64,000 bases of DNA, taken from NCBI RefSeq assembly GCF_963676685.1, contig NC_092349.1:31124001-31188000 (forward strand), in the 5' to 3' direction. This stretch comes from Mytilus edulis. Taxonomy: Eukaryota. Position 1 is the stretch's first letter. Each line of letters starts with the position of its first letter. The position numbers were made by a program, and so were the translations under genes. A model generated the notes under the pieces. That model saw only the letters and a program-made list of their open reading frames with translations. It ran no database searches and was not told the origin of the DNA. Positions 36,501 through 49,949 of this stretch are shown here, one piece after another.

Positions 36501-39041
36501 AGATTGATCACAACAAAGCAAAAAACAACTAACAATACATAGACACATACTAGATGTGGCAGCCAAGGATTATGTATATCCAGCACTAGACTCAATGTTC
36601 AGTTATATTCATTTCATACATACTTTTCATGTCAATAGCTACAATATATAGCCAGTTCATTTTCACTGAGTGTAAAACAGCAACAATTAATCAATTAATC
36701 AATTATTGTTTAAACAGTATTCTCAAATTATAAGTTAGTAATTTTATTTTCTACATTTTAGGAAAGCTAATACCTTCATCTGATATTCCAAGTGTTGAAA
36801 AGTGTATTCTAAATACCTCATGTCCAGAGATAGAGGGAGAAATTGATGTGTTTTTTCACCAACTGCCACTTAAAGCTGAAAAGGAAGAAAACACCATAAC
36901 ATGTGCAAATGAGGGATGCACACTGTCTTTTTCATCTTTTCATGACCTGTCAAGCCACTTAATGTTCGGCAAGTGTGAGTTTGAATTCAGGTGTCAGTTT
37001 AGTAATGGATGTGACATTACTAAGAAGACTTACATTACAAAGATATCTAAGTCTTTTTCAACCAACTTTCAAGTTTCAACAGCAGGGCTGACAGTTGGAA
37101 TTAATGATCTCTGATTTAGAACTTGGCTGGGCATTGAAAGAAGAAAGGAAGAACAAAAGGTTTAATGTGAACCAAAAAGAATATCTCACTGAAAAGTTTA
37201 ACAAAGGTCTAAAAACTGGCAGAAAGGAAGGTCCTTTTTTGGTATCAGAGGAAATGCTGACTGAGAGAAAAGAAGATGGAAATAGAAGATTTTCATATGA
37301 TGAAATCCTTTCGGTACAACAAATCACAAGTTTCTTTTCTATAATGAGCAGGAAGAACAAATCATTTGATGATTCCGTTGATGCATCAAGGGAAGAAACT
37401 ATAACACCTATCAGGAGAGAACTAACTGCAGATGAACTTAATTAAATATCTTTTACCAACTTTATGTAAAAAGCTACAAATATTTTATGCACTTATAATA
37501 TGGTATGATTGTCAATGATACAAATCCTATAAATGACACTAAAGGTCACTGTAGAGTCTTTAACAATGAGCAAAGCCCATACTGCATTATCAGCTACAAA
37601 AGACTTCAAATGACAAATTTAAATAGCTTAAAGTGAAATTGCTAAAAACAATTTGTTTTTCCAATAAAAATACCAAATGAGACATCAAACTCACGATCCA
37701 TTGAACATAGACAATGATGGTAAAAGTTTCCGTTATAAGTTTTTGGTAAAAGATTTTGGTCAAGGTAGTTTTTGATGAAATTGAACTCCAATCAACTTGA
37801 AACTTAGTACATATGTTCCCTAAGATATGATCTTTCTAATTTAATATGTCTAATGCCAAATTCGATTTTTTCCCCCAATTTCACAGTCAACTAAACATAG
37901 AAAATGATAGTGTGCATGGAGCATGCGAGCATCTGTGGACGGTTGACAACATTTTGTTCTTGCTTTTATAAGTTAATAGTGAGATTTGGATTTCCTATGA
38001 TATTTCCAATCATAGACAGACATTGACTTGTGTTTTGTTTGCATAGTGTTTTAGCACCAGTGCAACTCTGTAGTATATTATTTCAAAGTTGAAGTGAAAT
38101 GAGGTGCAAGATGTATGCATTTTCACAGGTTCTGATTAAATTTCACTTAAAATTTTCATAATTTAACCACTTAACCATGTTAACTGTTATTTACAGACTC
38201 TTGAGAGTTGACAAAGTCTTAATCTTTACTGACATGGTAATCTTCACAACAACTCTTTTGTTTGAGATATGCTTTTAGAAAGAATACCGGAGTAAATATT
38301 TGTATGCAGAAGCTATAAAATACATATTTTTGGCGATTTTTCTTTTTTCTGCTTAGGGTCGTATAAATGGTTACTATGGTAGCCACAATCTTAAATTGAC
38401 ATTTATCTTTTCAAATAGAGTTAAATTAATAATCAGATCGTATTGAACTAAATTTTCTTCATTTTTAACTTAAAATTTGCCAATTTTCAAATTTTTGTTT
38501 TTTTTTAGATAGTTTTCATTTTTTGAGAAATAACACTACTAAAATTTTTTGATATTTTGGACTTTATGCTTTAAACATTTTATATGCATTATTTTAAGAA
38601 CATCTGTCGGTGCATTTTTTCACAGTCTCTTATTAAAATTGGTAAAAAATCCAATTTTTCAAAAATCCCCAAAAAGTCAAAATCAAGGTTTTTGGCAGCT
38701 TCAAAAAACTGTGATAGGATTTTTTTGTATTATGTTATATACTGTTATTATATGCTTAGATCATTGTCTTCATGATGACAAATAAAGAATATGACCTCAG
38801 AACAATTTGGTTTATGTTTTATATGCAATGAAAATGGTAATTTCACTGATTGAAAGACTCTGTAAGAAGCCTTATTTGATGATGTATGGTAACCATGGCA
38901 ACCGCAACTCTGTGTATCAATTTTATACCAAATTTCAAACAAGGGTGACATATGGGTATTACCTACCAAGTTCCATTGAAATTTGAGGTCCTGACTTTCC
39001 CACCCTATATCAGAATTTTTGATGCCAACAGAGAATGGCTC
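30509..39041 (+). mobile_element. Sola3-like DNA transposon, 8.5 kb, both ends intact, transposase inactivated
   Basis: TTAA|GAGCCATTCTCTGT ... ACAGAGAATGGCTC|TTAA (TTAA TSD, GAG..CTC termini, imperfect TIR extending about 150 bp); spliced DDD-type transposase inside. Confidence 0.8.
30946..37445 (+). pseudogene. Intron-containing Sola3-like transposase (exons 30946-31300, 32178-32252, 32886-33104, 33752-34038, 34749-35033, 35789-35941, 36762-37445)
   Basis: VADHCMLYALSD..C.H.H..C..C; CDWAMQFLP..FRE.Q.DWFGKRGIPWH; WSDNAGCY; DFCESQNGKGPCDR; C2H-type finger; GWALK..RF..QKEYL..QQITSFFS; two stops and at least two frameshifts. Confidence 0.8.
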
Positions 39042-39993
39042 TTAAATGTTTTTCCAAAAAAGTATGAGAAAGCACAAAACCTATTGGTCGACTATTCCTG
39101 TAATTGCAGAAGAGCATAACTTAATCTACTGTTTTCTATTTATTGAACCAGTGTAATCAATGTTTTTAAACCCAATTATATAAGTATATAAATGGTATAA
39201 GGGTCTCTTCTTTTCCAAAGTTTGACTAAACATTTAGACGCTTAAACCAAAAATATATGAATTCCTTCCAGAAAGTTGAAATTCTACTTTACTGAAAATC
39301 CATCTGATTTATTAGTATTTATTTAAAAGAATGTTATTATTTATTTCTTTTATAGTCAAACCACCTTCTTATTTAATTGTTTTACCAATAATATTAAAAA
39401 TTCAAATATTTTAAAGCTCTTTCATAAACATTTACTTCACAACCATTACCATTTTGCGAAGAATTTTCTTAATAAGAATACCAAATTGGTCTTTGTTACT
39501 TTCCTCCATCCCTTTTTTCTATTTTATTTTATTTATTTGATTGTTATATTAGGTAGTCAAATACTAATAAAGCTTCACCCTCAAAATCAACCGTTCTTCT
39601 TACAAAACATTTCATTAAATTAGTATACGTATCTGCGATCTCTTTTTATTTAAACAGGACATTATATCTTTTACATCTGTTGATTTATAACGCATTTGCG
39701 AATAAACTGTTAATAATTTAATTGCTATATCTGTTTGACGGAAACTGTGTCTTATACCTGAATACTAGAAAAGGAGAACTTGAAATACACATCGATACGA
39801 TCATGTTTTTAAAAAAAACAAAAGTGATTAATTAGTGCAAAACTAAAGTATCAGATAATTTGTAATATGTTAAATAGATATCATTACATGAGATTAGTGT
39901 GAGTTTTGCTGGATAGATTGTTTTTATCTTTATCATCCAATTAATTAGGGAAATATGCCTTTGTAATATAGTGATCTTTGTAACTGTTTTCAG

Positions 39994-40095
39994 AATGATG
40001 ACTTTCTCTTACACGTGGCTGTTTATGGAGGAAATATAGCCATAGTCAAATTGTTATTAGAAAAAACTGATCTTGATCCTAACAAAGGAGACGAG
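39994..40095 (+). CDS. Ankyrin-repeat exon A6 (NDDFLLHVAVYGGNIAIVKLLLEKTDLDPNKGDE)
   Basis: ttttcag|102 nt open|gtacat. Confidence 0.88.
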
Positions 40096-42669
40096 GTACA
40101 TGTATTGAATGCATTTATAGTCAGGATTGCCATACTCAGCTACAACGTACGGCCCGACAACGACTTAAACAGCCTTCGTATTCTACAATGTTCTTTATCC
40201 AGACAATGTTGGTACATGTAGTAAAATATCCACACACTTGAAACATACATCTCTTTAATCGTGTTTTGTTTTAAATACAACTAACTAATTAATTAGTGCA
40301 AAACAACAGTCATGACAGTATCTTTAAACGGAAAACAGAAATAAAGCGAACCATCTGAAACGCTTAGACATTTGATATTATTCATATTAACACAATGCTC
40401 TAAATGTGTATTTTATAAAAAATGGAAATAATTGATTAGTTAAAAGTCATATCATTTGTTCATTGAAAGGTAGTACAGACAAATTTATCATAATTTCAAA
40501 CACATGGTCTAATGTATGACATTATGTTACTACTGCTTTAGTTGGAACTAATACACATTTGAAGATATGTATAACAGAATACGGTGGTGTTAACAGAAAT
40601 TTTTATTTATATTACTTAACTTTATAAATTAAACTGACTAAACTGTGAAGTAACTGATTTTGTAAAAAATTGATATTAATGATAGACGATGTTCGCCGAA
40701 CTTCTTTTCGTAACCAACGTAAACAAGATGGCGGCGATTATAAAACAATTCGGATGGACGTTGTTTCACCTCGCGTTAATCGATAACATAACACATTCGT
40801 TTGAAGGATAATTACAGTTTTTGTAGTTGATATTTTATCAGATAGAAAATTTCATGGAAAACATGTTTGCGTTAACCAACAAATATATTCATATGCCAGG
40901 TCTATTTAAAGAAACTGATATAGAATTTACGTGTGATAGAGGTTGCGTGTGTGGAAAAATAGATTCCTTATCTCCTTATATTTTAAAGAATATAAGGATT
41001 AAACGCTTTTTTAAAGGAATTTATTGGTGTAGTTTCTTTATACGATTAAGCTTTTAAAACCAGGCAAAATTGAATATGAAGGTAACCCAGATACTTCGGA
41101 TCAGTAAGCAGTTTATATATACCCTCCTGTTTAAATATATGATAAAGCGTATAAAACTCGACTAATATCATTCCTCGCGCCTTAAAGATTTAAACTTTGT
41201 ATCGTTAACGTTTCCTTTTACAAAACCAATAAAAAGAACACAGGCATTCTAGTATTTTGTCTCTGTAAACTGTAGAACAGCATATATAAATTTACTATTT
41301 TCTATTAATAAAACAAGCCTGATCAAAATTAATTTAGGCGTGTAAAATTCTATAAGCAATAACCCATTAGCGAATTACCTATATATAATAAAGGTCTATA
41401 TAACTGTCCTTCGTGTTCTTTCGTTTATTTGTACTGTCACGTAATGTTGTCATATTAGCGGTATTTGTACAATTGCCTATTAAGCAGTAGGGTTGGCTGG
41501 CGATAAAACCAGGTTCAAACCACAATTTTTTCATAAACTGTCTTGTTCCAAGTCAGGAATATGACAGTTGTTATCAACTAGTCCGTTTGGTATTTGTTTT
41601 TGTACGAGGATAGGTAAATGTTGTACTGGAGTAAATAGGCTATTTATTCATATAAAAATCAATGAAATTTGAAATTATTTAGAATTTTAGTCTAGAAACT
41701 TTCTTACCCAGAACTTATTTTTATCATCCCTAATATCATCCAAAGTTTTTATTTCTGGTGTCTCAGAACCCCCCACGTGGTACCATGGTAACGACCAGAA
41801 TTCAAAGCTGGCGTTTGAACGCGAAACTTCAAGAGCCTGGCGCACCCCAAAGAACTAGACAAATGAATGAAAATAAAGTTGTATTTGGTTGACAACGATG
41901 TTATCTTTCCCGTAACAGCTGTTAAAAGTGCCTTTTTATAATAAAAAATAACAGAAATGACATACAATCTAACCGTGGCCACACCAAAAGTCAACTATCT
42001 TGTCAATTTTTAAAATGTTGTATTTATTTTAAAAACAAGAAACAACAATCTTGGTATTCATGAGCTTTTTAAGAATAAATATGCCAAGTTTTCAAGAGAT
42101 CAATAAATTTTAACGTGGTGTGCCAATGCGATCTTCATAGATAAATGATATTCAAGTCCTTACGTGGCGACATTTAAACACTGAATTGAATCAGATCAAT
42201 TATTCCCCTTTTTGGTGTAAATGTTGCCGGAAAAGAAATAATCGACATTTTGATAGATTTTGACTAGAAATAGACACATTATAGATATAGAATAATGTTA
42301 TTTTTTTCATTTTTACTCTTGAGGTGTTAATGCATCTTAAAAAGTATCACCGTGCATACGAAGAGAAAAAGGGGGGATGCGCTTACGTTATACTTTGTTT
42401 TAAAGAGCTTTCGTAACCCAATGTTCATTTCTAACTGCACATGTGTGTCATATGTGTCGATTGTAAATAAAATTATCTTACTTACTTTCTTAAATTTATT
42501 TATCATTGGGTCTTAACGACTTTTAGATTACCAAGGTTTGGCATATAGCATACGTTTACTTTGCGTTTAGTAAGTTATAGGTTATTCATTGAAATCAACA
42601 AATTATTAATGTAAAGTCTGTCATTATCATACCTTCGTATAATACTGTGATTATTGCAACTGTTTTCAG

Positions 42670-42771
42670 GAGGATGATACTCTCTTACACTTAGCTGTTA
42701 AAGGTGGATATATCGACATAGTAAAATTGTTATTAGAACTAACAGATATAGATCCAAACAAAGTAAATGAG
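42670..42771 (+). CDS. Ankyrin-repeat exon A7 (EDDTLLHLAVKGGYIDIVKLLLELTDIDPNKVNE)
   Basis: ttttcag|102 nt open|gtatga. Confidence 0.92.
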
Positions 42772-43924
42772 GTATGAAATGTAGTTCTAGTCAGTTTGTT
42801 AATCCTTTGTTAATTCAGCACAGACAACCATCAAATTCCAACTCCGCAGAATGTTGCTAGTAAAATATATACCCAACTTTTTTACGTACTTAAGTCTTGA
42901 AACGCGAAAAGATGTACTGAAGCAAAACAAACCAAATGTTAAGATATGAGTATCTTCCGTCTATTTACATTTAGCTTTTAAAGGGGTAGTTTTAAAGAAC
43001 TAGTTGTTAAATTCTGTGTCATTTGCTGTCTTATGGAGAATTGCCTTGTTCGCAATCATACCACACCTTCTCATTTTGATAGAGATATTTTTTTTGTAGC
43101 AGGTCGTTTTCTTTGTTATTAACTTTCCATTTAGCATTTGTACAGATGTATTTAACATAATTTAAAATACACGATCCAATGTATGACACTTTTGTTTCTC
43201 CTGCTATGTTATATACACAGACATTTATGAATGGAATTTAAGAATTAGTCGATGTGGATAGTTATATGTATAAGGTATTTAGTTTTTAGTTATGTTCATA
43301 TCACACACTCTCAAACTTTACGCAGCCAGACAGATAATCAATTTCGATTTTATATTTCGTCCTATGTGACTTTTACAATTTATGACGTGAAACACACAAA
43401 GCAGTGCCTGTGGTTTTTAAATTTGAGAGATGCTTATGGTTTTTTTGTTAAATATTTTTTTGTTTTGAGATTGTGACACAGTGATGACTGATGTACCCTT
43501 ATTTTGCCTAGTTTACTTTTTATGCCTGTTTTGTTCACGCAACATTATAGTTGATGAAGTTTAATATGTTTAGTTTATTTTTTTCTCAGGTAAGAATGTC
43601 TGGAGACTTATAAAGCGTGAAGGAAAATTTTATAGTTAATAGTAGATTCATTTTGTATGTTGCCCTTATTATTGTTGAATGGGACTTGTAAGGAATGTTC
43701 ACAGATGAACAAATACACGAGAAGTCTGTACATATTTGAACGTATTGGTCATAAATTTCTTGACATTTTCGTTACTTACTTATAATTGACTTTCAATTTA
43801 TTGGCTTCGAGCGTTTCTGGTACAAATAAATCAACAGAAGGGATTGAAACATTGTATCGTTAACGTATGCCTTTAAAAAAAAGGGAACAAAGCCTCAAAT
43901 GTAGTTTTTTCATTGAATAAGGTA

Positions 43925-44086
43925 TACGAAATATTTTGGCGGTTATTTTTTTGGCGAATTAATTTTTTTTTATCAATACGTTTGCATATGCACTTTTAAA
44001 TAGGCAGAATTTATTTTGGCGATTTTGTTCCATCCGCGAAAATAAGCGAAAATTTACACACCGCGAAAATAACCTGCTATACGGTA
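43925..44086. mobile_element. Truncated Tc1/mariner-like MITE (copy at 55205-55369)
   Basis: Terminus ccgcgaaaataacctgctatacgg|ta with internal ttggcg / cgcgaaaa repeats. Confidence 0.5.
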
Positions 44087-44155
44087 TATTAATTAAAAAA
44101 ACCAATCAATGTGTTTAAAGCTCTTGAAATCCTACAAACTATAACCCATGAACAA

Positions 44156-44186
<31 letters not shown>

Positions 44187-45038
44187 TAACAAGGTCTTTA
44201 CTTATACAAAGTTTGACTCTAAATTTAACATGTATAAAAGCTTGAAAAAAACAACAGATTTCAATTCCTTTTTGAAAACTAAAATGTTAACACTGTTGAA
44301 AAACAATCAGATTTTTCTATTAATCATATTTGAAAAACTATTGTTTTATTTTCAGTCATAATATATTCTAAATTAAGCAGTAATACCACTGTAAAAATGT
44401 TTTGAAATGTTCAATTCTATAATGCTCTTTCTTAATCACTTACGTTACATTTATAGGCATTTTGTAAAAAAGTTTCTTAACTTTGAATATCAAACTGGTT
44501 TTTAACTTCATTTCCCAATACTCACTTTCCATTCTTGGATTTTTTTCTTGCAACATTGGATGGTTCAATACTGATATGGCATTACCCTAACACATAACTT
44601 CTAAATTAGAATAAGATTTATTTCAAAATTGTATTTAAATACTTTTATTTGTGATCCCCGTTTATTAAACTGTGGCCAACGAAAGTAGATCTTTTAGGTC
44701 CTTTATATTCCACGCTTTTCCGTAAGAACGGTTAGCTTTTTTAACATTTAAATTTGATGAAGGGGTTTTTATTTTAATACATGCCATCTAAAGAAATGAA
44801 GACTCGATTTTTAAGTCGCTTGACCTTGTTTTATATTCTCACGCTACATTTTATTTACGTAATTCAAATTAACAGTTTCGAAGGAATTGCGATTTATTAA
44901 AATGATCTCTCTATATGCAAACGTTCACTTTTTGTTTAGTTAGCTATAAGTTGTTCATTGATATTATTACTTTTTTTGTGTAAAGGCTGTCGTTTTCTTA
45001 CCTTTGTATAATACTGTGATTATTGCAATTGTTTTCAG

Positions 45039-45140
45039 GATGCTGATACTCCCTTACATTTAGCTGTTGAAGGTGGATATCTAGACATAGTCAAATTGTT
45101 ATTAGCACAAACAGATATAGATCCAAACAAAGTAAACGAG
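45039..45140 (+). CDS. Ankyrin-repeat exon A8 (DADTPLHLAVEGGYLDIVKLLLAQTDIDPNKVNE)
   Basis: ttttcag|102 nt open|gtatga. Confidence 0.92.
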
Positions 45141-46700
45141 GTATGATATGTAGTACAAGTCAGTATTGAAATCCATTTTTATTCAGCTTAGACAACCATC
45201 AAATTCAAGCCCTGTTGACGATAATGCTAGTAATATATCTACCCACTTTTGCAACTTTCTATAACATTATAATGTCAAATGATGCTATGAAGCAAAACAA
45301 ATAAAATGCTTAAACATACTCGCTTTTGGTTTTTTGAACTTTGCTCATGATGCCATATGTGGAGCAGGATCTGCTTACCCTTTCGGAGCACCTAAGCTCG
45401 CCCCCAAGTTTTGATAGGGTTCTCGTTGCTGAATCTTTTGTGTTCGATATTGTGTCGTGTGTAGTATTATTTGTCTGTTTGTCTTTCATTTTTTGTCAGT
45501 TTATTTTTGACCTATGAGGTGAATGTCCTTGTGGTATCTTTCGCCCCTCTTGTATTTAGGGATCAGGTAGTGACTTAAGCATGCATGTTTCAGATTTTGA
45601 TGAAAAATTGAATAAATCATCTAAATAACATGTTATAATAAAAAAGTCCGTTTCAAGAAGATGCGGTTGTTATGGAAAAAAAGCCATATGAATATTACAA
45701 AGTAACAAGTAATGATCTTTAAGATAAAATCCCCATTTTTTACTGTTTCCATTAGTAAAATGGCGTATTAAATTATAATCCTGGTACCTTTGATAACAAT
45801 TAAGCATACATAAATTTTGGTATTTTATACTTTGCTGTTAACAATGGTTAAGTGTCAGTTTACTTAGGATGCCACATGTGGAGAATGATCTGCTTACTCT
45901 TTCGGAGCACCTACGATCACCCCAAAGTTTTTGTAGGGTTCTTGTTGCTGTTCTATTTGGTGTCGGTTTTACTGCTATTTGTTTGTTTGTCTTTCACTTT
46001 TTTGGCCACGTCTTTGTCAGTTTACTTTTGACCTATGAAATTGAATGTCCCTGTGATATTGTTCGCCCCTCTTTTATTTAGGGATCAGGTAATGACTAAA
46101 ACATGAATGTCTAAGATTTTGATAAAAGAAAAAAATGCATAAATCATCTAAATAACATGTAACACGTAATGTAGGTTTACATATAATCAACAATTTTTCA
46201 CTGTTTCCATTAGACATGTTTATATTTTTTTCGTTGGGGGTTTCTGGTTAATATAATCCATTCATCCTATTGTGACTCTTCAAAATTCAAGAGTCTATCC
46301 TAAATTGAGGTTGATCATTATAGATTCAAAATATGTTTTTTTCAAATTAACAGTTTCAGAGGAATTGCGTTTATCAAAGCAGTCTCTATATGCATACGTT
46401 TACTTTGCGTTTAGTAAGTTATAGGTTATTCATTGGAATCATCAAATTATTTATGTAAAGTCTGTCATTATCAAACCTTTGTGTAATACTCTGAATATTG
46501 CAACTGTTTTCATTATGATGACGTAAATTAAAATAACAGTTTCAGAGGAATTGCGATTTATTAAAACAGTCACGGTATGCATACGTTTACTTTGTGTTTA
46601 GTAAGCTATAAGTTGTTGATTGATATCATCACATTTTGTGTGTAAAGGCTGTCGTGTTAATACCTTCGAATTATACTGTGATTATTGCAACTGTTTTCAG

Positions 46701-46792
46701 TTTTATGATACTCCCTTACATTTAGCTGTTAAATGTGAATATCTAGACATAGTCAAAAAAGAACAGATATAAATTTAAACACAGTAAATGAG
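46701..46792 (+). pseudogene. Damaged ankyrin exon A9, 10-nt deletion causing frameshift and TAA
   Basis: 92 nt between intact ttttcag and gtataa; ttgttattag missing after gtcaaa. Confidence 0.85.
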
Positions 46793-47519
46793 GTATAATA
46801 TGTAGTACTAGTCAGTATTGAAATCCTTTTGTATTCAGCTTAGACAATCATCAAATTCAAACCCTGTTGATGATGTTGCTAGTAGAATATGTACACAACT
46901 TTGCAACATACTATGATATTGAAATGTCATAAGATGCTATGAAGTAAAACAAGTAAAAAAGCTTAAACATACATATATTTTGGTTTATTTTACTTGCTTT
47001 GAAGTGTCATTTTGCTTAGCATGGAACATGGGGAGCAGGATCTACATTTATAGAATTGATCATAATATGTTGTTAATATATTATGAATTAGAGTTCAATT
47101 ATAAACAAAAACACAAAAACATTTGTTTTATTTAAATATCAGAATCCTAAATTTTCGTTGTATATTAATGATTCTTATATCAAACAATTTTCATGCAGAC
47201 ATTGTGTTGGAAACCATAGAGAAATGCAATCAAGATTAATGAAGGAAAAATATACACAAATGTAGTGGCATCTAATAAAATGGGTAGCCGTTGGTTATTT
47301 AAAGATGCGCATCACATTTTTGAGTCTTTTTTGAATAGATAAATAAAAGTTGCAGTTACTCCTAAGAAAATTTAATTTAAAGAGGTAAATCATGAAAAAA
47401 CGTTGAAGACGCCATGGTCACATGTTAATTTTATTATACTAGAAAGACTGCTTCAAGTCTTGAAGTCTTCCTTAATTCTGACACAGATGGACTCTTCTCA
47501 GTTGATATGTTATGCTCAT

Positions 47520-47790
47520 ACATATTCACACTTTACGGAATAAAAACACAGGAGTGTGCTCCAACAAAGTTATGAGATGGAAATATTAAAAATTTCATTC
47601 CGTAAATTTTATGGACACTATCACAAATTGGTTGATACATACAATGTGTCTAAACTAACTGACGACATGTTTTCACGTCTGAGATTGTGGTTTACAATTT
47701 AAGTCATCTGTTTTCTGTGAGTACCGAAGCTTACCTATTTCCGAATATGACTTTTTTGCTGAGTGTGAATTCGCATTGCTATAAGACATT
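47520..47790 (+). mobile_element. Naiad-type PLE RT C-terminal fragment (copy at about 60220-60500)
   Basis: LQQSYEMEILKISFRKFYGHYHKLVDTYNVSKLTDDMF. Confidence 0.6.
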
Positions 47791-48713
47791 TCTCGTTATT
47801 TGTTTATTCAGCGTTCATGTATTTAGTTACAAAGTCTTTTTGAAATTCTGATCGAATATTGTTTTTTCATAGTGATTTGGAAGAAAGATCGATATAGTTA
47901 GTTGCACAATAAAAAAATACAATTCTATATCACTATTCTTGTTAATATTATAAAGATTTACTTACAAAAGTAAATTTACTTAATTTGGACACTGTTTGAT
48001 ACTTGTCTCATTCACAACCATGCCAAATCTCCTTATTTATATTTTGTGATGCACTTAAATGCACTTAAAAGGTATTATCATATTGCAATATACCTTACAC
48101 TATGCATGTACAGATTTAAGTCTTTCCCATATCCATGTGCAGCATTTGCAGTAAACCACACAACATGCTGGTAAAAATTCCAGTTTTGCATATACTTTAA
48201 AAAGTGTAAATTGTTTTCAAAAGAAAAAGAAAATTACAAATTATTGCTTTTATTTATTCTCACCTTTTTAATTAATTACTGGGCAAAATAAAAAAAAATA
48301 ATGTATGCCTATTCAGAAAAAGCTGAAGCCAATTACATGCATATTTATCTTATTTCCTAATGTGAATTCTGATTATTGCGATATTCAACCAATCTCAACA
48401 TTTTTCCCAACATTCAAATTGTTCAGGTCGTTTGATATTTATCACGACTTCATATCTTGTCTGTTATGACGATTGAGGATATTTTCGCAAGGTCAAATAT
48501 GTCAAATGTAATTTCTTCATGAACATGAGGCTAAGCTGTCGTCGTTCGCTACTGAAATATTGGTTAATTTGAAACACGCTCTTTCATTATCAAATACATT
48601 ATCCAATGTATGAACAGTTTGTAACTCCTGCTATGTTATATACACTGAATAAATATGAGAATAAGTCGATATGGATAAGTATATGGATATGTATATACAT
48701 AATGTGTTTACAC

Positions 48714-49790
48714 ATCTAGAATGAGATCTGATAAACTGCAGTTTCTCCTGATTATATTCTATTATCTAGAATGAGATCTGATAAACTACAGCTTCTCCTG
48801 ATTATATGCTTTTATAAAGAATGAGATTTGATAAAATACAGCTTTTCCTAATAAACTAATATCTAGAAAGAGATCTCATAAACTACAGCCTGCCCTGATT
48901 ATATACTTTTCTAAAGAATGAGACTTGATAAACTACAGCTTTTTCTGATTAGATACTATTTTCTAGAATGAGATCTGATAATCTACAGGTTGCGTATATT
49001 ATCTTTCTAAATATTAGTTTATCAGGAAAAGCTTGCGCTTATTATATAGTATCTGACAATTATCTTGAATGTGATTGGATAAACTACAGCTTGTCCTTGT
49101 CATATACTATTTTCTAGAATGAAGTCTGATAAACTACAGCTTGTCCTTATACTATTTTCTAGAATGAAGTCTGATAAACTACAGCTTGTCCTTATACTAT
49201 TTTCTAGAATGAAGTCTGATAAACTACAGCTTGACCTTTGTAAATACTATCTGACTATTATCTAGATGGAGATCGGATAAACTACATCTTGTCCTGATTA
49301 TATACTATTATCTATTATGAGATCTTATTAAACTGCAGCTTGCCCTGATTATATACTATTATCTACATTGAGATCTGGTAAACTAAATCTTGCCCTGATT
49401 ATATTATAATAGATTACAGCTTGCCCTAATTATATTTTATTATCTTACATCAGATCTGATAAACTACAGTATTTTCTAATTATATTCTTTTATCTAGAAT
49501 GAGATCAGATACAGTACCGCTTGTCCTTTTTGTATACTATTCTCTAGATCCTATCTAGAATGAGATCTGATAAACTACAGTTTTTCCTTTTTATAAACGA
49601 TTATTTAGATATTATCTAGAATGAGCTTTGATGAACTACAGCTTTTCTTGATGATATACTTGTATCTATAATGAGATCTGATAAACTACTTTTTCGGATT
49701 ATATACTATTATCTAGAATGAGATCAGATACACTACAGATTGTCTTGTTTATACATTATAATCTAGAATGAGATCTGATAAACTACAGCT
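48714..49790. repeat. Minisatellite, ~50-bp unit, about 20 degenerate copies
   Basis: Consensus atctagaatgagatctgataaactacagcttgtcctgattatatactatt. Confidence 0.9.
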
Positions 49791-49949
49791 GCTCTGTCTT
49801 TTATACTCTTTAACAATAATACACATGATATACAGTTATGTATCTCAAAATATTTTTCCAAAAAACTGTTGTAAAAAGAAGCATATTTTTTCTCTCATTT
49901 AATACTGTATTGACATTGTCTAAAATACTAGTATTTTATGAGATAATAT

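Larger units (their letters stand above)
40681..48710 (+). repeat. Segmental duplication copy A (pairs with 51962-61424)
   Basis: Colinear match at offset about 11.28 kb, including exons A7/A10 and A8/A11. Confidence 0.92.

Noticed and set aside
43803-43850. Hammerhead-like remnant gagcgtt(t/c)ctggtaca (also about 55090 and 62700)
   Set aside because: Catalytic core not intact; decayed repeat
48714-49790. CRISPR-like array
   Set aside because: Head-to-tail degenerate units without unique spacers, no cas genes, eukaryotic context
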